Source: a virus (lineage: Duplodnaviria; Caudoviricetes). From it: 46,015 nucleotides of DNA. Within the stretch, counting starts at the first letter, position 1. The number at the start of each line of letters is the position of its first letter. The stretch lies in the IMG/VR virus record IMGVR_UViG_3300037044_000012, positions 1 through 46,015 of that record, one strand, 5' to 3'. The notes beneath the pieces are model-generated. The model did not search any database. It saw nothing but the letters and a program-made list of their open reading frames with translations, and was not told the origin of the DNA. Below, in pieces: positions 43,937 through 46,015 of this stretch. A program made the position numbers and the translations under genes.

Positions 43937-46015
43937 CTAGCGCTTCGTAGCAACTCGCGCGCCGGGCAGCTCAGCATACGTGCCGAACGACAACATAAGA
44001 TCGTCGAACTCTGCTTGTGTCAACGATTTTTTCCAAGCTTCGTTGTGAACGTCGGCGATAATCAGGAAGGGTTCAATGATTCCCTGATACCGGAAGCCGC
44101 GAACATCGTCCTTGTTGCGAAGCGTTTTCACTCCGCTCGTACGGAGCTGCGAACTAATCTGCTCTGGCGTGTAGTTGCGATAGCGCCCGCCCTTGTTGCC
44201 CATTAGCTGCTCACTGAGACCGGGGAAGAGCAGAGCTAGCTCTGACATGCTGTAGAACGGTCGAACCGGCCACTGGGGCATCACAGCTTCAACCTGCATG
44301 ATCTTCTTGAGCAGCGACATTGGCGCATTGGCGGGCGGGTTCGCTTTCGTCTCCGCCGCCCAGCGCATCGAGTTGTCAATCCACAGCTTCACGACGTTTT
44401 CGTCGGCCGTCAGCATCTGCTCGGCGAGCGATGTGATCGGGTTCAGCCCTTCGCGATAGGCGTTGTAGCGTGCGCCAGTGATCGGCGCTTCCATCGGCGG
44501 CTCCCAGCCCTCTAGGTCGATGTTCAGCAAGTGATGCATGATCGCCGGGCCGGGATTGTTGTTCTTGTACGTCACAAGATTTCGGTAGTACGCCGCGCCG
44601 ATTTCGCCGTCGAGTTTGTCGGGCGTGTTCACAACGAAGTAGCGGCGTTCGTCGCGGCTGAAGCTTGCCGCTTCTGGATAGTTGGACGTGAGCAGATAGA
44701 GCCCCAAGTTGTCGACGGGCTTCATCGGGCGATACTTTTCGTTGAGCATCACTTCCGGTTGCGACACGAGCAGCTTGAGCATTTCGCCGGCTTGATCCAT
44801 GACGCGCGGCGTCACTTCGTCGATGAACAACAGCACGTTGCGATCGACATACGGATTATAGTCGGCGAGCAGCAGCGTCGGCTGGATCATCTTACTCGCG
44901 GGCGCGAAGGCTTTCTGAACCAACTCACACCACATTGATTTGCCGCTTCCCTTCGTGCCCACGAGAAATGTCGCGATCGGCACTTTGCGGCCGGGGTTCT
45001 GCGCTTTGTACGCCAGCAGCTTCAACGCGAACCCAGCTGTTTCGTCTTCGAGTTCGCTGAAGATAAAGTTCGTCAGGTCAAGGAACGGTTCGCAATTGCC
45101 GGGCGCGGCGTCGAAGCCTTGCCAGCGATTGAGCATTGCGCCGCGCGCGGTCTTTATGATCCGCTCTTCGCCGGGCTTGAATACAGTCGAAGCGTAGCGG
45201 CGCGCGTTAGCGTGACTGCACCACTCTTTCGCAACGAGAATGGGCGGACGCTCAACGGGACCAGTCTTACCCATAGCGATAACAGGAAGCTTGAGAGAAG
45301 CGAACCGGCTTTCATTGCGGAAGAACGACGACGAATAGAATTGATCGCGCTTCTCATCATAGATCGCCTCTTCGTCGTCGATGATCGAACACGACGCGTT
45401 GATTTGCATGATTGCTTTGTCGAGCTTGCTTGCGCTCTGCGTCGAGTGCAGCAGGCGCTGCAACTCAATGCGCCCTTTCCACAACAGATAGTCGTCAAGC
45501 CCAACCTTCTCGTCAGGTTGCTCTTCGCCGTCAGCGTTCGGCGGAACGGGCTTGCCCGGCAGCACGACGATACGCACGTCAGCGCCGCGATTGACACTCA
45601 ACTCAGAGCGAATTGCTTCTTGCGCCGCGAACACGTCGGGGTTCTGTTGCGCGTCGCTATCGAAGCAAATGTACACGACACGGTTGCGCCACACGCAGCC
45701 CTCTAGGCCGGGCAGAAACTCGCCAGTGATGCTATCGCGCGTCGAAGTGACGCCACCGAGGGCAAGGGTAGCGAACCCTTGGGAGCAGGTCGCAATCGCC
45801 TTCGCCTCACCCTCGGTGACAATCAGAGGGCACTTAGGATCAGCAAAGATCGCGGCCCAATCTACAAACGGGCACAGATAGACGTGAACGCCCGTCCCCG
45901 TGCCTTGAACATATTTCGCAGTACCCTTCGCCAGCTCGCCGAGGCGGCGCATACGCACGTGCTCGCGACCGTCGACGATCTTCGGCGTTGCGTCCGCATT
46001 CCAGTAGGGAATGCC
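43937..46015 (-). CDS. primase-helicase (Toprim DUF3854-like plus SF3/DUF5906-like helicase); 5' end lies at 1-108
   Basis: VTEGEAKA, ICFDSD and GLDDYL Toprim motifs; GTKGSGKS Walker A, FIDE Walker B, LTSN, ERRY. Frame is open to the window end. Confidence 0.9.
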   Translation of the reverse strand, partial: GIPYWNADATPKIVDGREHVRMRRLGELAKGTAKYVQGTGTGVHVYLCPFVDWAAIFADPKCPLIVTEGEAKAIATCSQGFATLALGGVTSTRDSITGEFLPGLEGCVWRNRVVYICFDSDAQQNPDVFAAQEAIRSELSVNRGADVRIVVLPGKPVPPNADGEEQPDEKVGLDDYLLWKGRIELQRLLHSTQSASKLDKAIMQINASCSIIDDEEAIYDEKRDQFYSSSFFRNESRFASLKLPVIAMGKTGPVERPPILVAKEWCSHANARRYASTVFKPGEERIIKTARGAMLNRWQGFDAAPGNCEPFLDLTNFIFSELEDETAGFALKLLAYKAQNPGRKVPIATFLVGTKGSGKSMWCELVQKAFAPASKMIQPTLLLADYNPYVDRNVLLFIDEVTPRVMDQAGEMLKLLVSQPEVMLNEKYRPMKPVDNLGLYLLTSNYPEAASFSRDERRYFVVNTPDKLDGEIGAAYYRNLVTYKNNNPGPAIMHHLLNIDLEGWEPPMEAPITGARYNAYREGLNPITSLAEQMLTADENVVKLWIDNSMRWAAETKANPPANAPMSLLKKIMQVEAVMPQWPVRPFYSMSELALLFPGLSEQLMGNKGGRYRNYTPEQISSQLRTSGVKTLRNKDDVRGFRYQGIIEPFLIIADVHNEAWKKSLTQAEFDDLMLSFGTYAELPGARVATKR

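Overview
The window looks like an essentially complete, circularly permuted ~46 kb GC-rich lytic podovirus genome. The primase-helicase gene runs off the right end and resumes in frame at the left end. There are three modules. (1) A leftward early region (1-5350, - strand) with small ORFs, an HNH-like nuclease and a DUF932/LGT_TIGR03299-type gene. (2) After an AT-rich divergent promoter region (5350-6060), a rightward P22-like morphogenesis operon: TerS, TerL, portal, scaffold, coat, gp4-like adaptor, split gp10-like hub, LamG tail protein, fibre and three ejection proteins. A small + strand block follows (metallophosphoesterase, J-like protein, HAD phosphatase, dATP/dGTP diphosphohydrolase). 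(3) A leftward replication/lysis arm: primase-helicase, putative ssDNA-binding protein, PolA, MazG-like, Cas4-like exonuclease, VRR-NUC, SNF2 helicase, holin/spanins and ligase. I see no integrase, repressor, RNA polymerase, tRNA or recognisable endolysin. The most striking non-coding feature is a complete type III hammerhead ribozyme abutting the RBS of the DUF932 gene, whose 3' end carries an anti-Shine-Dalgarno (CUCCUCCC) loop hairpin. Several other intergenic regions fold into unexplained structured RNAs. All protein calls come from motif recognition by eye, not database searches. The host is unknown; promoter style and the CUCCUCCC loop weakly suggest Alphaproteobacteria.
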